From Macrostomum lignano (lineage: Eukaryota), in NCBI GenBank assembly GCA_002269645.1, contig NIVC01001367.1, forward strand, positions 1-64,000: a stretch of 64,000 nucleotides of DNA, written 5' to 3'. The notes beneath the pieces were generated by a model. It had not been told where the DNA came from, did not search any database, and saw only the letters and a list, made by a program, of their open reading frames with translations. The first letter of the stretch is position 1; each line of letters opens with the position of its first letter. The translations under genes were made by a program, and so were the position numbers. Below are positions 1 to 11,850 of the stretch, one piece after another.

Positions 1-604
1 CTGCCAGGCTCCATGCTGTGCAGCATGGGGAGCAAAACTCAGAAAACTGCCACCCCGCACTGTCACCAGCACCCCTGCCCGCTCTTCCCGCAGCCTTAAT
101 CTTAGCTCGCCATCCTGGTTCAAGAAGCTCCGTTGCGCCCGCTGGCCCGTCAGTCTCCCAGCGCTTTGTTGCCAGAGAAAACTTGACGCGATCCCCGTTT
201 ATCTGGCTCATTGGTCTCTCGTTCAAGCTGGAGGGGGACCGGGCGCGCTTTGGGCAGCCACCCAGACTGGCGATCGATAGAGCTGGACAAAATACTAATT
301 GGTTTTGTCTGTGCGATACTCAAGAATTTCAGCGACTGTCAAGCTCAGTGGCGCTGCCGCTGCAAAGCACTGTAGGTCCGTGTTCTAAAAGCAATTCCAG
401 TAAGTAATTTGAGCTCCTGTAGACACTGGCTGCACAGCTAAAACTAGTTCAGCACTTCCTCATCAAATACCAGATTCCTAAAGTACATAGTGTCTCATCT
501 TCTAATAGCCAAGCCTGCTGCACCAGACTATGGTGCTCCCTGGTTGCAGCAGGAGTCCTACTGAGTGAATTGCTTCATTCTTTGCATCCTTATTTTAGCT
601 CGTA

Positions 605-1140
605 CTCATGTGATTCTTATGTGATCTTTATGTGATTCTTATGTGATTCTTATGTGATCCTTTTGTGATTCTTATGTGATTCTTATGTGATTCTTATGTG
701 ATTCTTATGTGATCCTTTTGTGATCCTTTTGTGATTCTTATGTGATCCTTATGTGATTCTTATGTGATTCTCATGTGATTCTTATGTGATATTTATGTGA
801 TATATATGTGATCCTTTTCTGACCCTATGTGATCCTTATGTGATTCTCATGTGATTCTTATGTGATTCTCATGTGATTCCTATGTGATCTTTATGTGATT
901 CTTATGTGATTCTTTTGTGATCCTTTTGTGATCCTTTTGTGATTCTTATGTGATCCTTATGTGATTCTTATGTGATTCTCATGTGATTCTTATGTGATAT
1001 TTATGTGATATATATGTGATCCTTTTCTGACCCTATGTGATCCTTATGTGATTCTCATGTTTCTTATGTGATTCTCATGTGATTCCTATGTGATCTTTAT
1101 GTGATTCTCATGTGATCCTTATTTGACCTTATGTGATCCT
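605..1140. repeat. 11-bp minisatellite (ATGTGATTCTT) with a higher-order duplication of about 200 bp
   Basis: Tandem ATGTGATTCTT variants; the distinctive variant block ATTTATGTGATATATATGTGATCCTTTTCTGACCC recurs at about 790 and about 998. Confidence 0.95.
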
Positions 1141-1854
1141 GATGTAATCAGATTTCAGTAGAAGTTTTGTATCTCTACAGCGAACAAATCGAATTGCAAG
1201 TTCCAGCCTCCATGACGCATCTATTAAACACTCCGCATAGCAAATCTTGTGGAGCTCTCAAAGTGCATTTTGAGCTTTGATCACGGCTGCGAGAGCAGAC
1301 GCTGAGGCTCTGAGTATTTTTGCAGTTTCCCTCCCGTGGCTGTCTGTTGTTTATTCGCCTGCTAATGCTTTGATAATGCTTTGATCATCTGACTCCCGCT
1401 ATCCACTGGGACTGTTGAGTCGCCTGAGTTTCCGCGCATTCTTTCCACTATGGCTGATATTTACCTGTGCACTCCGAATTGGTAAATATACTGGGAGGCT
1501 GACCGATGCCCCTCGAACCGGTGAAGCCAGCGCTGTCTTGCCTTTCATTTTGCTGGTTAGTGATTGAGTGAGCAATGCGGCATTGAGTAAGCAGGGGGCC
1601 TCAATTATAGATTTCGGTAGGCGTTTTGATAATATACACATTCTTATTTAAAAAATGGAGACGGCATGCTGAAGACAGTATGAGTGCGGCCCTCTTGTAT
1701 GGGTTCAGGAGTCACCGGAATCGGCAGAATTGCCTCAGAGCTGGCTGTGGGATCCTATCCTGTCAGTGCTTACTTTTGTAATAAATGCAACCAGTCCAAA
1801 GAGATCGAGTCGTTAAAGGCCAACAGTACTCGTATTGCTACAAGCTACTGGCTA

Positions 1855-1975
1855 CTGGCCGATGCTACAAGTTCTGCAGTTTAGTCTAGTCACAGATTAG
1901 CAAGGATTTGCGCTGGCCGATGCTACAAGTTCTGCAGTTTAGTCTAGTCACAGATTAGCAAGGATTTGCGCTAGC
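1855..1975. repeat. About 60-bp direct tandem duplication
   Basis: CTGGCCGATGCTACAAGTTCTGCAGTTTAGTCTAGTCACAGATTAGCAAGGATTTGCGCT occurs twice, back to back. Confidence 0.9.
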
Positions 1976-2581
1976 TTTGGCCTCCGTGGCACTAAGTTAT
2001 TTTGGAGAGAAGACAGCGCCTTGCAAGGTTGTCTGTCAGGCAGCAGCTGGATGGGATCCTGCTCTGCTAAGCCGGAGTCAAATAGCAGTTTGCATTGCGG
2101 CTGAGCCCCACAGTTCCGCAGCAGTTCGCTAACAGGATTAACTGCATGCACAGGCCAGTTAGCTCGTGTGCCAGTAGCCTTAGAAAGCATATGAGAGCAG
2201 ACAGACCCAACCGCCGAGTGCTGCGAACAGACAGACTGTTTGAGCTTCAAATCTTCGACATTCTCTTGGGCCGAATCGCAAGTGGCAGCTGAGTTCAGAT
2301 CGCTTTCGAACGGCGGTCTTTAAAGCGGATTTCGCTGAGAATCACACGGAACTCAGGCTTAGGAATGTCCTCCCTTCCTGAGATGGTCGAGAAAAGAGCC
2401 GAGCCTGACCAGAGCCTGTGGAGAGGGCTGCAGCCTGTAAAAAGCATCCTTTATAAACAAGCGATGAAGCAACCTAAAAGGTCTGCATTTTTGTGGGGTT
2501 GATGCAAAATCTCGTCTCAAAGGTATTCTGAAAATTGGAAGCAGAGCAACGCGGATCAAATGTTACAGCCGGGCCTGAACG

Positions 2582-2830
2582 CAAAGCGCCTGCTGCAAGA
2601 GCCCATTGCACACACGAAGCGCCTGCTGCAAGAGCCCATTGCACACACGAAGCGCCTGCTGCAAGAGCCCATTGTACACACGATGCTGCAAGAGCCCATT
2701 GTACACACGAAGCGCCTGCTGCAAGAGCCCATTGCACACACGAAGCGCCTGCTGCAAGAGCCCATTGTACACGCGAAGCGCCTGCTGCAAGAGCCCATTG
2801 TACACACGAAGCGCCTGCTGCAAGAGCCCA
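2582..2830. repeat. 33-bp minisatellite
   Basis: GCGCCTGCTGCAAGAGCCCATTGCACACACGAA, about 7.5 copies; accounts for the repetitive ORFs in several frames. Confidence 0.95.
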
Positions 2831-3163
2831 TGCATTGTACTCGTTCGGGCCGAACAGCCGCCCCCAATGCGAATCCACCGGTGGGCTGGGGCGGTCACGC
2901 ACCGCTCTCTGCCAGCTCTACAGATCTGTCTGCGGTAGAGTGAGAGAGCTCTTAATTAAAAATCCCGGGAGCTGGAGTCATTTCTGCTGCAATAGGTCTT
3001 GGAGTCAGGAAAGCAAAGTAATTTCTGTGTTTTGGAAGGAGAGACGGACCAGAGGGCCGGAATTTTCCTGAGCTGAAATTATTTGTGCTTTGGCGTGCAA
3101 GTATGCGGCTCGTGCTATCTACATGTATCACCCTGTCCTCAGATCTAAGCAACTCCTCCGAAT

Positions 3164-4190
3164 ATAGACAAGCCTCCGAATCTAGACACCCCTCCGAATC
3201 TAGACACCCCTCCGAATCTAGACACCCCTCCGAATCTAGACACCCCTCCGAATCTAGACACCCCTCCGAATCTAGACACCCCTCCGAATCTAGACACCCC
3301 TCCGAATCTAGACACCCCTACGAATCTAGACACCCTCCGAATCTGGACACCCTCCGAATCTAGACACCCCTCCGAATCTAGACACCCCTCCGAATCTAGA
3401 CACCCCTCCGAATCTAGACACCCTCCGAATCTAGACACCTCTCCGAATCTAGACACCTCTCCGAAGCTAGACAATCCCTCCAAATCTATAGACACCCCTC
3501 CGAAGCTAGACACCCCTCCAAATCTAGACAGCCCTCGGAGTCTAAACACCCCTCCGAATCTAGACACCCCTCCGAATCTAGACACCCCTCCGAATCTAGA
3601 CACCCCTCCGAATCTAGACACCCTCTGAATCTAGACACCCCTCCGAATATATGGACACCCCTCCAAGTCTAGACACCCTCCGAGTCTAAACACCTCTGTC
3701 GTGTCGTGGCTGGCTAGCCAAACTTGAGCCGCAAATGGGCGAGAGGTTGTTATTTATTGTAGTTGGCATTGCACATAGATGTACATGCAGATACGAGTAA
3801 AGCATCAGCTAATAGATTAGACGGTTAGGCATAAGCGTACATTGACAGACAGAGCAGGCGGGGAGAGAGCAAGCAGTCCTAAACTCAGCGCCAATAACAA
3901 TTGGGGTGCAGCCCCACACTGCGCACTTCAAGTCAAGTCACGATACAACAACCTCTCCAAATCTATAGACACCCCTCCGAGTCTAAAAACCTCTCCAAAT
4001 CTATAGACACCCCTCCGAGTCTAAAAACCTCTCCAAATCTATAGACACCCCTCCGAGTCTAAAAACCTCTCCAAATCTATAGACACCCCTCCGAAGCTAG
4101 ACACCCCTCCGAGTCTAAAAACCTCTCCAAATCTATAGACACCCCTCCGAAGCTAGACACCCCTTTAAATCCAGAAACTACTCCGAATCC
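3164..4190. repeat. 18-bp minisatellite (CTCCGAATCTAGACACCC) split by a solo LTR
   Basis: The same unit family lies on both sides of the 3697-3950 insertion. Confidence 0.95.
3697..3950 (-). mobile_element. Solo LTR (254 bp) of an LTR retrotransposon
   Basis: Starts TGTCGTGTCGTG and ends CACGATACAACA (imperfect inverted termini, TG...CA); flanked by a 5-bp direct repeat ACCTC (3692-3696 and 3951-3955); AATAAA on the minus strand near 3755. Confidence 0.85.
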
Positions 4191-4989
4191 AGACAAATTC
4201 AGATCTATTCCGTCTAGCCACCGATGCCTCGCATTGAATGGATGCGAAGCACCTCCCTCCACCAAGAAAGGCTGCGCAGAAGCTGTTGGCAAGCTTCACT
4301 TTGGATGCCAAATTTGCCAAACTCGTAAAACAGCTCTCACGGAATGACAGTGCTTGGTGTACGAGAATTGCGAACGGAAAGTTGTCTTGCAAGTCATAAA
4401 AAAGCAACGGTACACGGCCAGAAAAAGCCGCGGTCTTAAATGGCTTTTGCCACATCTGTGCAGTGGCTGTAATTTCTTTATTTCCCTAAATACGAGTAGA
4501 ACGACTTGGTTGCTGGCCCAGCCGATTGCAGAAAGCGTGTCCGGTCCCAGCCGCTTCAGCAGCAGCCGAAGGCTGGCTTTCTTTGATGGAGACAGCCCGC
4601 CAAAATGGCACCATTGTCAACTCAGCAGCAGCCGAACTGAATGCATACTCATTACTGATTCTCGATGTCAAAGGCGAAAATACGCCAACACGGCAGTAAG
4701 GAAATATAGCTTTATTTAACACTAAAATATCAACGTTTTTACTTGGGGCAGCCCGTTTTGTTGGCTCACTGATTTTGCAACCCTAAGCTTTCTTTGGGGG
4801 GCGTTGAATAAGCTCAAAATTTCATTTTGTCGAAGTGATGCTACATGTAATCAATACCGCCAGTTCAACAACTCAAACAAACCTTAATGGTGAAGCTTTC
4901 TGTCTTCAATGATGTAAATTTTAGATCTTGTGAAAGAAAGAGAATATGGACTGATGCACGAATGCTTCTATTCTTCGTGCATCTTAAAC

Positions 4990-5296
4990 AAATAATAATA
5001 TAACTGATTACACCTGCCCTAATAGGCAGATGTGCAACCGACAGCTCAGCCGCAGCTATTGCGCGGCGCATCTGAAGGCTGCGTACGGCTGTTCAGTCCA
5101 AGGACTGGGGGGTCGCCACACACACCCTCAATTACCCTTCCCCAGCTAATGCTGGCACCCTACAGCTGAGTGAACTGAAGCAATGCAGAGTTAAGTGTCT
5201 TGCTCAAGGACACAAACTGTTCCACTGGGATCGGGAATCGAACCCCCAACCTTCAAGTCATGAGTCCGACGCTCTGACCACTAGGCTACAACCACC
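4990..5296 (-). mobile_element. tRNA-derived SINE with a CORE/Meta-like central domain
   Basis: Minus-strand head GGTGGTTGTAGCCTAGTGG (A box) ... GGTTCGATTCCC (B box) with a CAT anticodon-like loop but no paired acceptor stem; followed by GTGTCCTTGAGCAAGACACTTAAC...CAGTTCACTCAGCTGT, typical of CORE-type SINE bodies; short TTA-rich tail near 4990. Confidence 0.8.
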
Positions 5297-5744
5297 GCAA
5301 AGACAGCTGGTATTTTATTCAAACCCAGCTTATGCAGATGTAATAAAACTTGTCTATAAATAGTGCCGTCCTCGCACTGGGCCGCGGTTCAGACTGCGTG
5401 TGATGCTGCGGAATGCGACGCCACAGACAGTTTGTCACCGCGATGCCCTTAAGCGTCATCACAGGGCCGGACCGGATTGCAGCTGCGACTGCAGGCCCAG
5501 ACACACAAGGATAAAAAAGTTTTCTTAAAGCGGCATTACCGCCCAGGCGATCCCAGGCGCTCAGAAGCCGCCGGCCGTAATTTAGATTTCGAATTTGATT
5601 AGGCCGCCGCTGCTGCCAGTGCATTCGGCAAATATTAAACTGGCTTTGGCGTTCGCTGCGCACTAAGAGCGACTTTGGCCTCCGTAAAACTCAAAATGAA
5701 CTTTAAGAGCCATTGTGCAACGCTGATTTTCCCTGTCAAAGACT

Positions 5745-6665
5745 GAGCCCTGTACCAGAAACCCTATCCCTGAACCAGAAACCCTATCCCTGAACCAGAA
5801 ACCCTATCCCTGAACCAGAAACCCTAGCCCTGAACCAGAAACCCTAGCCCTGAACCAGAAACCCTAGCCCTGAACCAGAAACCCTAGCCTTGAACCAGAA
5901 ACCCTATCCCTGAACCAGAAACCCTAGCCCTGAACCAGAAACCTCAGGCCTGAACCAGAAACCTCAGCCCTGAACCAGAAACCTCAGGCCTGAACCAGAA
6001 ACCCTAGCCCTGAACCAGTAACTTCAGCCCTGAACCAGAAACCCTAGCCCTGAACCAGAAACCTCAGCCCTGAACCAGAAACCTCAGGCCTGAACCAGAA
6101 ACCCTAGCCCTGAACCAGAAACCTCAGGCCTAAACCAGAAACAGCCCTGAACCAGAAACCCTAGCTTTGAACCGGAAACATCAGGCCTGAACCAGATACC
6201 CTAAGCCCCTGAACCAGAAACCCTATCCCTGAACCAGAAACCCTAGCTCTGAACCAGAAACCTAAGGCCTGAACCAGAAACCCCAGGCCTAAACCAGAAA
6301 CCCTAGCCCTGAACCAGTAACCTCAGCCCTGATCCAGAAACCCTAGCCCTGAACCAGAAACCTCAGCCCTGAACCAGAAACCTCAGGCCTGAACCAGTAA
6401 CCTCAGCCCTGAACCAGAAACCCTAGCCCTGAACCAGAAACCTCAGCCCTGAACCAGAAACCTCAGGCCTAAACCAGAAACCCTAGCCTTGAACCAGAAA
6501 CCCTATCCCTGAACCAGAAACCCTATCCCTGAACCAGAAACCCTAGCCCTAAACCAGAAACCCTATCCCTGAACCAGAAACCCTATCCCTGAACCAGAAA
6601 CCCTAGCCCTGAACCAGAAACCTAAGGCCTGAACCAGAAACCCCAGGCCTAAACCAGAAACCTGT
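5745..6665. repeat. 20-bp minisatellite (CCCTGAACCAGAAACCCTAG)
   Basis: About 45 tandem variant units. Confidence 0.95.
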
Positions 6666-6989
6666 GCCAAGAAACTGTTAATTACACTTGACTTCCAGAG
6701 CATCAAATGACCAAACAAATGCCAAGAACTGCAGTTCAATTGCTAGTGTTTGGATTTCAAATTAGCCATGCAAAATGAAAGGCAATATAAACAACTCGAA
6801 TGATTAATAATGTATAATTAATGCCATTGCAGGACAATAAACATTTGATTAAACAGGACAGAAGCAAAACAAAAGAGATCTAAGCAAAGTTCTTTAAGTG
6901 AAAAAGCAAAAAAGATAAGATATTGTAGATATTATGCGTCCTGTGACGAGATGGATCGGGCGGATCCAGACACAGCTATAAAACATTGA

Positions 6990-7430
6990 GCTCTGAGTGC
7001 TCAAATCTCATGGAGACCGAGTGCTCAAATCTCATGGAGACCGAGTGCTCAAATCTCATGGAGACCGAGTGCTCAAATCTCATGGAGACCGAGTGCTCAA
7101 ATCTCATGGAGACCGAGTGCTCAAATCTCATGGAGACCGAGTGCTCAAATCTCATGGAGACCGAGTGCTCAAATCTCATGGAGACCGAGTGCTCAAATCT
7201 CATGGAGACCGAGTGCTCAAATCTCATGGAGACCCATGCTGTGGGGAGCTCTGAGTGCTCAAATCTCATGGAGACCCGTGCTGTGGGGAGCTCTGAGTGC
7301 TCAAATCTCAAGGACATGGGGACCCGTACTGTGGGGAGCTCTGAGTGCTCAAATCTCAAGGACATGGGGACTCGTACTGTAGGAAGCTCTGAGTGCTCAA
7401 ATCTCATGGAGATTCATGCTGTGGGGAGCT
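6990..7430. repeat. 24-bp minisatellite (GAGTGCTCAAATCTCATGGAGACC) with longer derived units
   Basis: About 10 perfect 24-mers, then units with an added 15-21 bp. Confidence 0.95.
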
Positions 7431-7555
7431 AAGAGACAGTTCAGCCACTAATCACCGAGGACTTTAACAACATTGATCAAAGCTAAACAGAGAAAGCCTG
7501 TACATACTTCTCTATGCGGCAATAATCTTATAATGCGCTGACCAGGCTACTGCAG

Positions 7556-7873
7556 TCAGTAGGCAGACGCCAAAATGGTGTCCAGAGCGATCGGCTCGTC
7601 CAGGGTGAGCAGGCAGGTGTCGGGGCCGCAGCCGCGGGCGAAGCCCCACTCGGTCATGAGGACGAGCTCATCCGGCCCGGGCTCCGGCTCCTGGCTGGCC
7701 TGCTGCAGCGCGGCCAGCAAGTCGAGACCGGCCTGCTTTGCGGGCACCCGGGGCGCCGTTGCTATGGTGACGTGGGCCCGCGACCCCGCCGGCAGACGCG
7801 GCGAGCCTGGCGGAGCCTCATTCTCCGAGACGTCATGGTCCCACAGGGCCAGCTGCTGCTCCGAGAGGTCCAT
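7556..7873 (-). CDS. CNP: CNP coding exon 3 (C-terminal half of the 2H phosphodiesterase domain)
   Basis: MDLSEQQLALW...GSRAHVTIA...AGLDLL matches vertebrate CNP VELSEQQLQLW...GSRAHITLG...TGLDLL; acceptor TTGCAG|ATG at 7874/7873, phase 0. Confidence 0.88.
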   Translation of the reverse strand: MDLSEQQLALWDHDVSENEAPPGSPRLPAGSRAHVTIATAPRVPAKQAGLDLLAALQQASQEPEPGPDELVLMTEWGFARGCGPDTCLLTLDEPIALDTILASAY

Positions 7874-7994
7874 CTGCAACCCAGCGGGAATTACTGAATC
7901 TGATTTCAGTGCCGATATGTATAGAAAATCAACACTGAATTTGATTTCAGCCGATATGTATAGAAATCAACATAACTACAAAATCGAGCCGAAC

Positions 7995-8453
7995 CTTAAA
8001 GCTGACGGTGCGGGTGGTGACGCAGATGGCGGACACCGCGGTGCAGAACACGCGGCCCAGCGCGGCCTGCACATCCGGCCTGTTGTGGTAGTCTATCTGG
8101 CTCACCAGCTCCTGCTGGCTGGCGCCCCGGCGGCCGCAGAACTTGGCGGTGGCGTGCAGCAGCGGCGGCGCGGGCGACTGAGGCGGAGACGCGGACCGCT
8201 GCTTGCGAGACTTGGACCTCCGGCCTGAGGAAGCTGGCACTGGAGGCTCCGCGGTGGCGACCCCGGCGGGCAGCTGCGGCAACGGCTCCGGTGCGCCTGT
8301 GGCGGAGGAGGCCAGGCAGTCGAGGAAGTCACGGGCCAGGCGGAACAGGCGGGCAGCATCGGCGGACTGCAGGAACCAGGCGTAGTAGGTGGGGTGCGCC
8401 GCCTCCCAGCTGGACAGCCGCTGCTCGATGATCTCGAGGGGCACCGAGTGCAG
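7995..8453 (-). CDS. CNP: CNP coding exon 2
   Basis: LHSVPLEIIEQRL...PTYYAWFL...LLHATAKFC...SAICVTTRTVSFK matches CNP PLYFGWFL, VLHCTTKFC and SALFVTPKT; acceptor CCCCGCAG|CTG and donor AAG|GTTCGG; length 459 nt, phase 0/0. Confidence 0.88.
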
Positions 8454-8484
8454 CTGCGGGGTAGGATAAGAAAATAGAGGCTAG

Positions 8485-9022
8485 ATGATCCCCAGCTACT
8501 CATAGTAGTATGCGGTCCGCAGCTCCCGGTAAATCCCCAGCTACTCATAGTAGTATGCTGTCCGCAGCTCCCGGCAAATCCCCAGCTACTCATAGTAGTA
8601 TGCGGTCCGCAGCTATCGGTAAATCCCCAGCTACTCATAGTAGTATGCGGTCCGCAGCTATCGGTAAATCCCCAGCTACTCATAGTAGTATGCGGTCCGC
8701 AGCTCCCGGTAAATCCCCAGCTACTCATAGTAGTATGCGGTCCGCAGCTCCCGGCAAATCCCCAGCTACTCATAGTAGTATGCGGTCCGCAGCTCCCGGC
8801 AAATCCCCAGCTACTCATAGTAGTATGCGGTCCGCAGCTCCCGGTAAATCCCCAGCTACTCATAGTAGTATGCGGTCCGCAGCTCCCGGCAAATCCCCAG
8901 CTACTCATAGTAGTATGCGGTCCGCAGCTCCCGGTAAATCCCCAGCTACTCATAGTAGTATGCGGTCCGCAGCTCCCGGCAAATCCCCAGCTACTCATAG
9001 TAGTATGCGGTCCGCAGCTCCT
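8485..9022. repeat. 45-bp minisatellite filling the CNP intron between coding exons 1 and 2
   Basis: AGCTCCCGGTAAATCCCCAGCTACTCATAGTAGTATGCGGTCCGC, about 12 copies, occupying nearly all of the 579-nt intron. Confidence 0.95.
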
Positions 9023-9032
9023 GGCAACCAAC

Positions 9033-9686
9033 CGTGCGATTGGCGAGCTGCTGAGCGTCGAAGCGCCAGGGAGTCTTGGGCACAACCAGCAGCAGCACGT
9101 AGCCGAAGCGGGTGGCCAGGTCGATGTAGAACTGGAACTCCCAGCGGCGCACATTGGTGTTGTCCACAATGACTGGCGACTTGCCGCAGCTCATGGCCTC
9201 GTAGGCCCGGTTGTTGCAGGCCTCGTGGGCCTCCTTCAGCCTGTCAGCGTCGAACTGGTAGGCGCCGCTGGCCGGGTCGACGAAGAAGAGGTCGGCGGAG
9301 CAGACGGTGCTGCCGGGGTACAGCTGGCAGAGCAGGCGGGTGAGGGTGGACTTGCCGGAGCCAGGCAGGCCGCGCATGAGGAACAGGACCCGGTTGGCGC
9401 GCAGCCAGGCCAGGCTGGCCTCCTCCGCGGTGAAGGGGAAGGCGGCGTGGGCCAGCAGGCGGGCGCCGCTGCTGGGCACCAGCGACTCAGACTCGGTGGA
9501 GCCGACGGCCTCGCCAGCGGCGCTGCCGTTGGCAGGCGCGGCCTCGGAGCCGGGGGTGGCGGCCGAATCAGAGACGTCGTCAACTTCTACGACCAGCCGG
9601 GAGCCGAAGTCGAAGGCGCCATCGTTGCCGGGGCAGTCGGCCTCGCCGCGGAGGCAGCGCTTGCAGGCGCTGTTGCTGTTGCCCAT
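9033..9686 (-). CDS. CNP: CNP coding exon 1 (N-terminal extension plus P-loop/AAA_33 polynucleotide-kinase-like domain)
   Basis: MGNSNS start; LMRGLPGSGKST Walker A; VIVDNTN; EPKT/PWRFD-like segment; donor ACG|GTTGGT; 654 nt. The joined protein is about 476 aa. Confidence 0.88.
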
Positions 9687-10069
9687 GGCGACGGGGTCGG
9701 CGGGTGCAGCTGTCGGTGGGGGGGGGTCAGGATTGATTGACAGGCTAAATAAAAGGCGGTGCTTGAGGGCCTGTGGAGCACATAGATCCCACAGGATGCT
9801 CTGAATGTGTTTTGTATTTGCCCTGTTTGCTCTTGCACTTACAGGTAGACTAGCTTAGACAGGATGTTAGGAGAAACTGGGATGATACTGGGCCACAGCA
9901 ATCATTTATAGATGAGCAAACTTGTAGATTCAACCAAGAAATTTCCATTGGATAAAATCAATAAATATCACGTGACTCTTGGCCAACAGTGACCTGCATG
10001 TGTTCCAAGATTCCTGGATCCTAGGATTTGGCCTCTAAATCTGGGATATCCCAAAACAGATATCTAGGA

Positions 10070-10396
10070 TCCTAAGATTATCCTAGAATTTAAAGCAAAC
10101 TTTGTGGCTTTGGGATCACTAGAGTCAGAAGACTACAAGAATTTTGTCTTCCTTTTTTGTCAGTAGAAATGGCTAGATGATATGCAGAGTCAAGATGATG
10201 TTAGACAGAAATGGATTTCATTCTAGTGACTAGAAATTGGAATTAGAAATCTATTTTTTGTCTAGCATCATTGTGACTCTGCATATCATCTAGCCATTTC
10301 TACTGACAAAAAAGGAAGACAAAATTCTTGTAGTCTTCTGACTCTAGTGATCCCAAAGCCACAATGTTTGTTTTAAATTCTAGGATAATCTTAGGA
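10070..10396. repeat. Long inverted repeat (arms about 150 bp, 28-bp spacer); foldback- or MITE-like
   Basis: 10070-10218 is the reverse complement of 10247-10396; the core of about 115 bp (TTGTGGC...GAGTCA) pairs without visible mismatch. Confidence 0.92.
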
Positions 10397-11850
10397 CTTA
10401 GTATAATCTAGGACTGGTATAGATAGTGCAAAAGTAGGATATCTATTACCATTTCTAGCAGATGGTACAAAGCAAAATACAAGAATCTATTAAATAAATT
10501 TAAAAAATATAATATACTTGTAACATGAGCTATCTCTTTGTGCAAATAACTAAGTTTTCTTATAAAGATAATATATCATTTTGATTATCAAATGATTCTA
10601 AAAGTTGCATACTATATATATATATCTATTAGAGCACTTAGAATTAAGGACTATATATAAGATAAATTAGAGAACAATTTTATATTATTATTTAACAAAT
10701 TAATTCAATCATTTGCTTTTTATTTTTACTATTTTAAACAGCTTTAGCATTTAATATTTTTGCAAAAATAGTTCCAGGGATTAGAATTTTATAGGTTCAA
10801 AATCCACAGCTTTCAATAGTTTGTTAAAATATTAAGCCATATTTAATTTCACGTTTTAAATAAAAAAAATTAATCCTAGACTTTCTTGACTTGAGATAAG
10901 AATCTATTGAGAAATAGACAAGTATTAAATAGAATATAAGTCTAAATTTAGATTATAAGGCCTAGATAGATCTAAAAAATTATAATTCATAGATAAATAT
11001 GGCATAAGTCTAGGTATTATATTTATAGGCTTAATGCATTAAAGATTTGTCAAAATTATAGAACAAACTACACTTGTGACTTGATCTTAAATTAGACCTA
11101 CTAGGCTTATCATTATCAATGTCTATTTAACACCTAGCATAACCTAGGCCTAGTCATTAGGTCTAGTCTTAAGATAGCATGATTTTATTTTATTTTATTG
11201 GAATTTAGTTAAGCCAAAATTAAGAAATAAAAAATTATACTATAGGCTGTAAAATGCAAATGAAATAGAAGTGAGAAGGGCTAGGCCTAGGCTAATTGGC
11301 TGCAAAGAGAGAGGGGACACAATGTACAGTGGCCAGTTTGCAGAGAGTAGGCCCTTACAAATCAAGCTGCACAATGCCTATGGCTAGGCTATGGCTGCTA
11401 TGCCATGTCTAATAGGCCTAAGGCTAAAATTAATTTTTCAATCCTTTTAAAATGTTTTTACTAGGGCTAGGGCCTACCTTGTAGCAGTCAGCTCTTTGCA
11501 ATTGCAGACAAGCAAATTCTTACAAAACTTTAAGCCTAGGCCCTAAATCTCTCTCTATCCCTCCTTTTCCAGTCTTGACCCTCTATTAGGCCTAGTAGAG
11601 TCTAGGATCTGCCTTTTTCAACAAATTTCTGGTTGGAACACTGGCATAAGCATGTCCAAGACTTAATGCCTAAAGCCTTAAAGCCTACCATGCACCACTA
11701 GGCCTAGGCTAGGCCTATAATTAACAGCCCAAGCATTATTGTTAAAATCAAATGTAAGCAAAGCAAAGGCCTAAAATAAATTCTAGAAGCTAGTCTGCTA
11801 GACTGACTGAATTTTTACACAGGGCCTAGGCTAGGCTGTAAGATGCTCAC

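Noticed and set aside
2474-3621. Long repetitive ORFs in several frames
   Set aside because: By-products of 33- and 18-bp units that are multiples of three; no domain or codon-bias evidence.
5222-5296. tRNA-Met gene
   Set aside because: The acceptor stem does not pair, and it continues directly into a CORE-like SINE body.
1200-5660. Scattered possible exons (about 2830-2940, 4200-4620, 5400-5600)
   Set aside because: No consistent phase chain or recognisable protein could be built by eye.
5745-6665. Interstitial telomere
   Set aside because: AACCCT occurs only as part of a 20-bp unit, not as tandem TTAGGG.
8102-9172. 355-aa and 220-aa ORFs across the CNP locus
   Set aside because: Read-through of the 45-bp intronic repeat and alternative frames of CNP exons.
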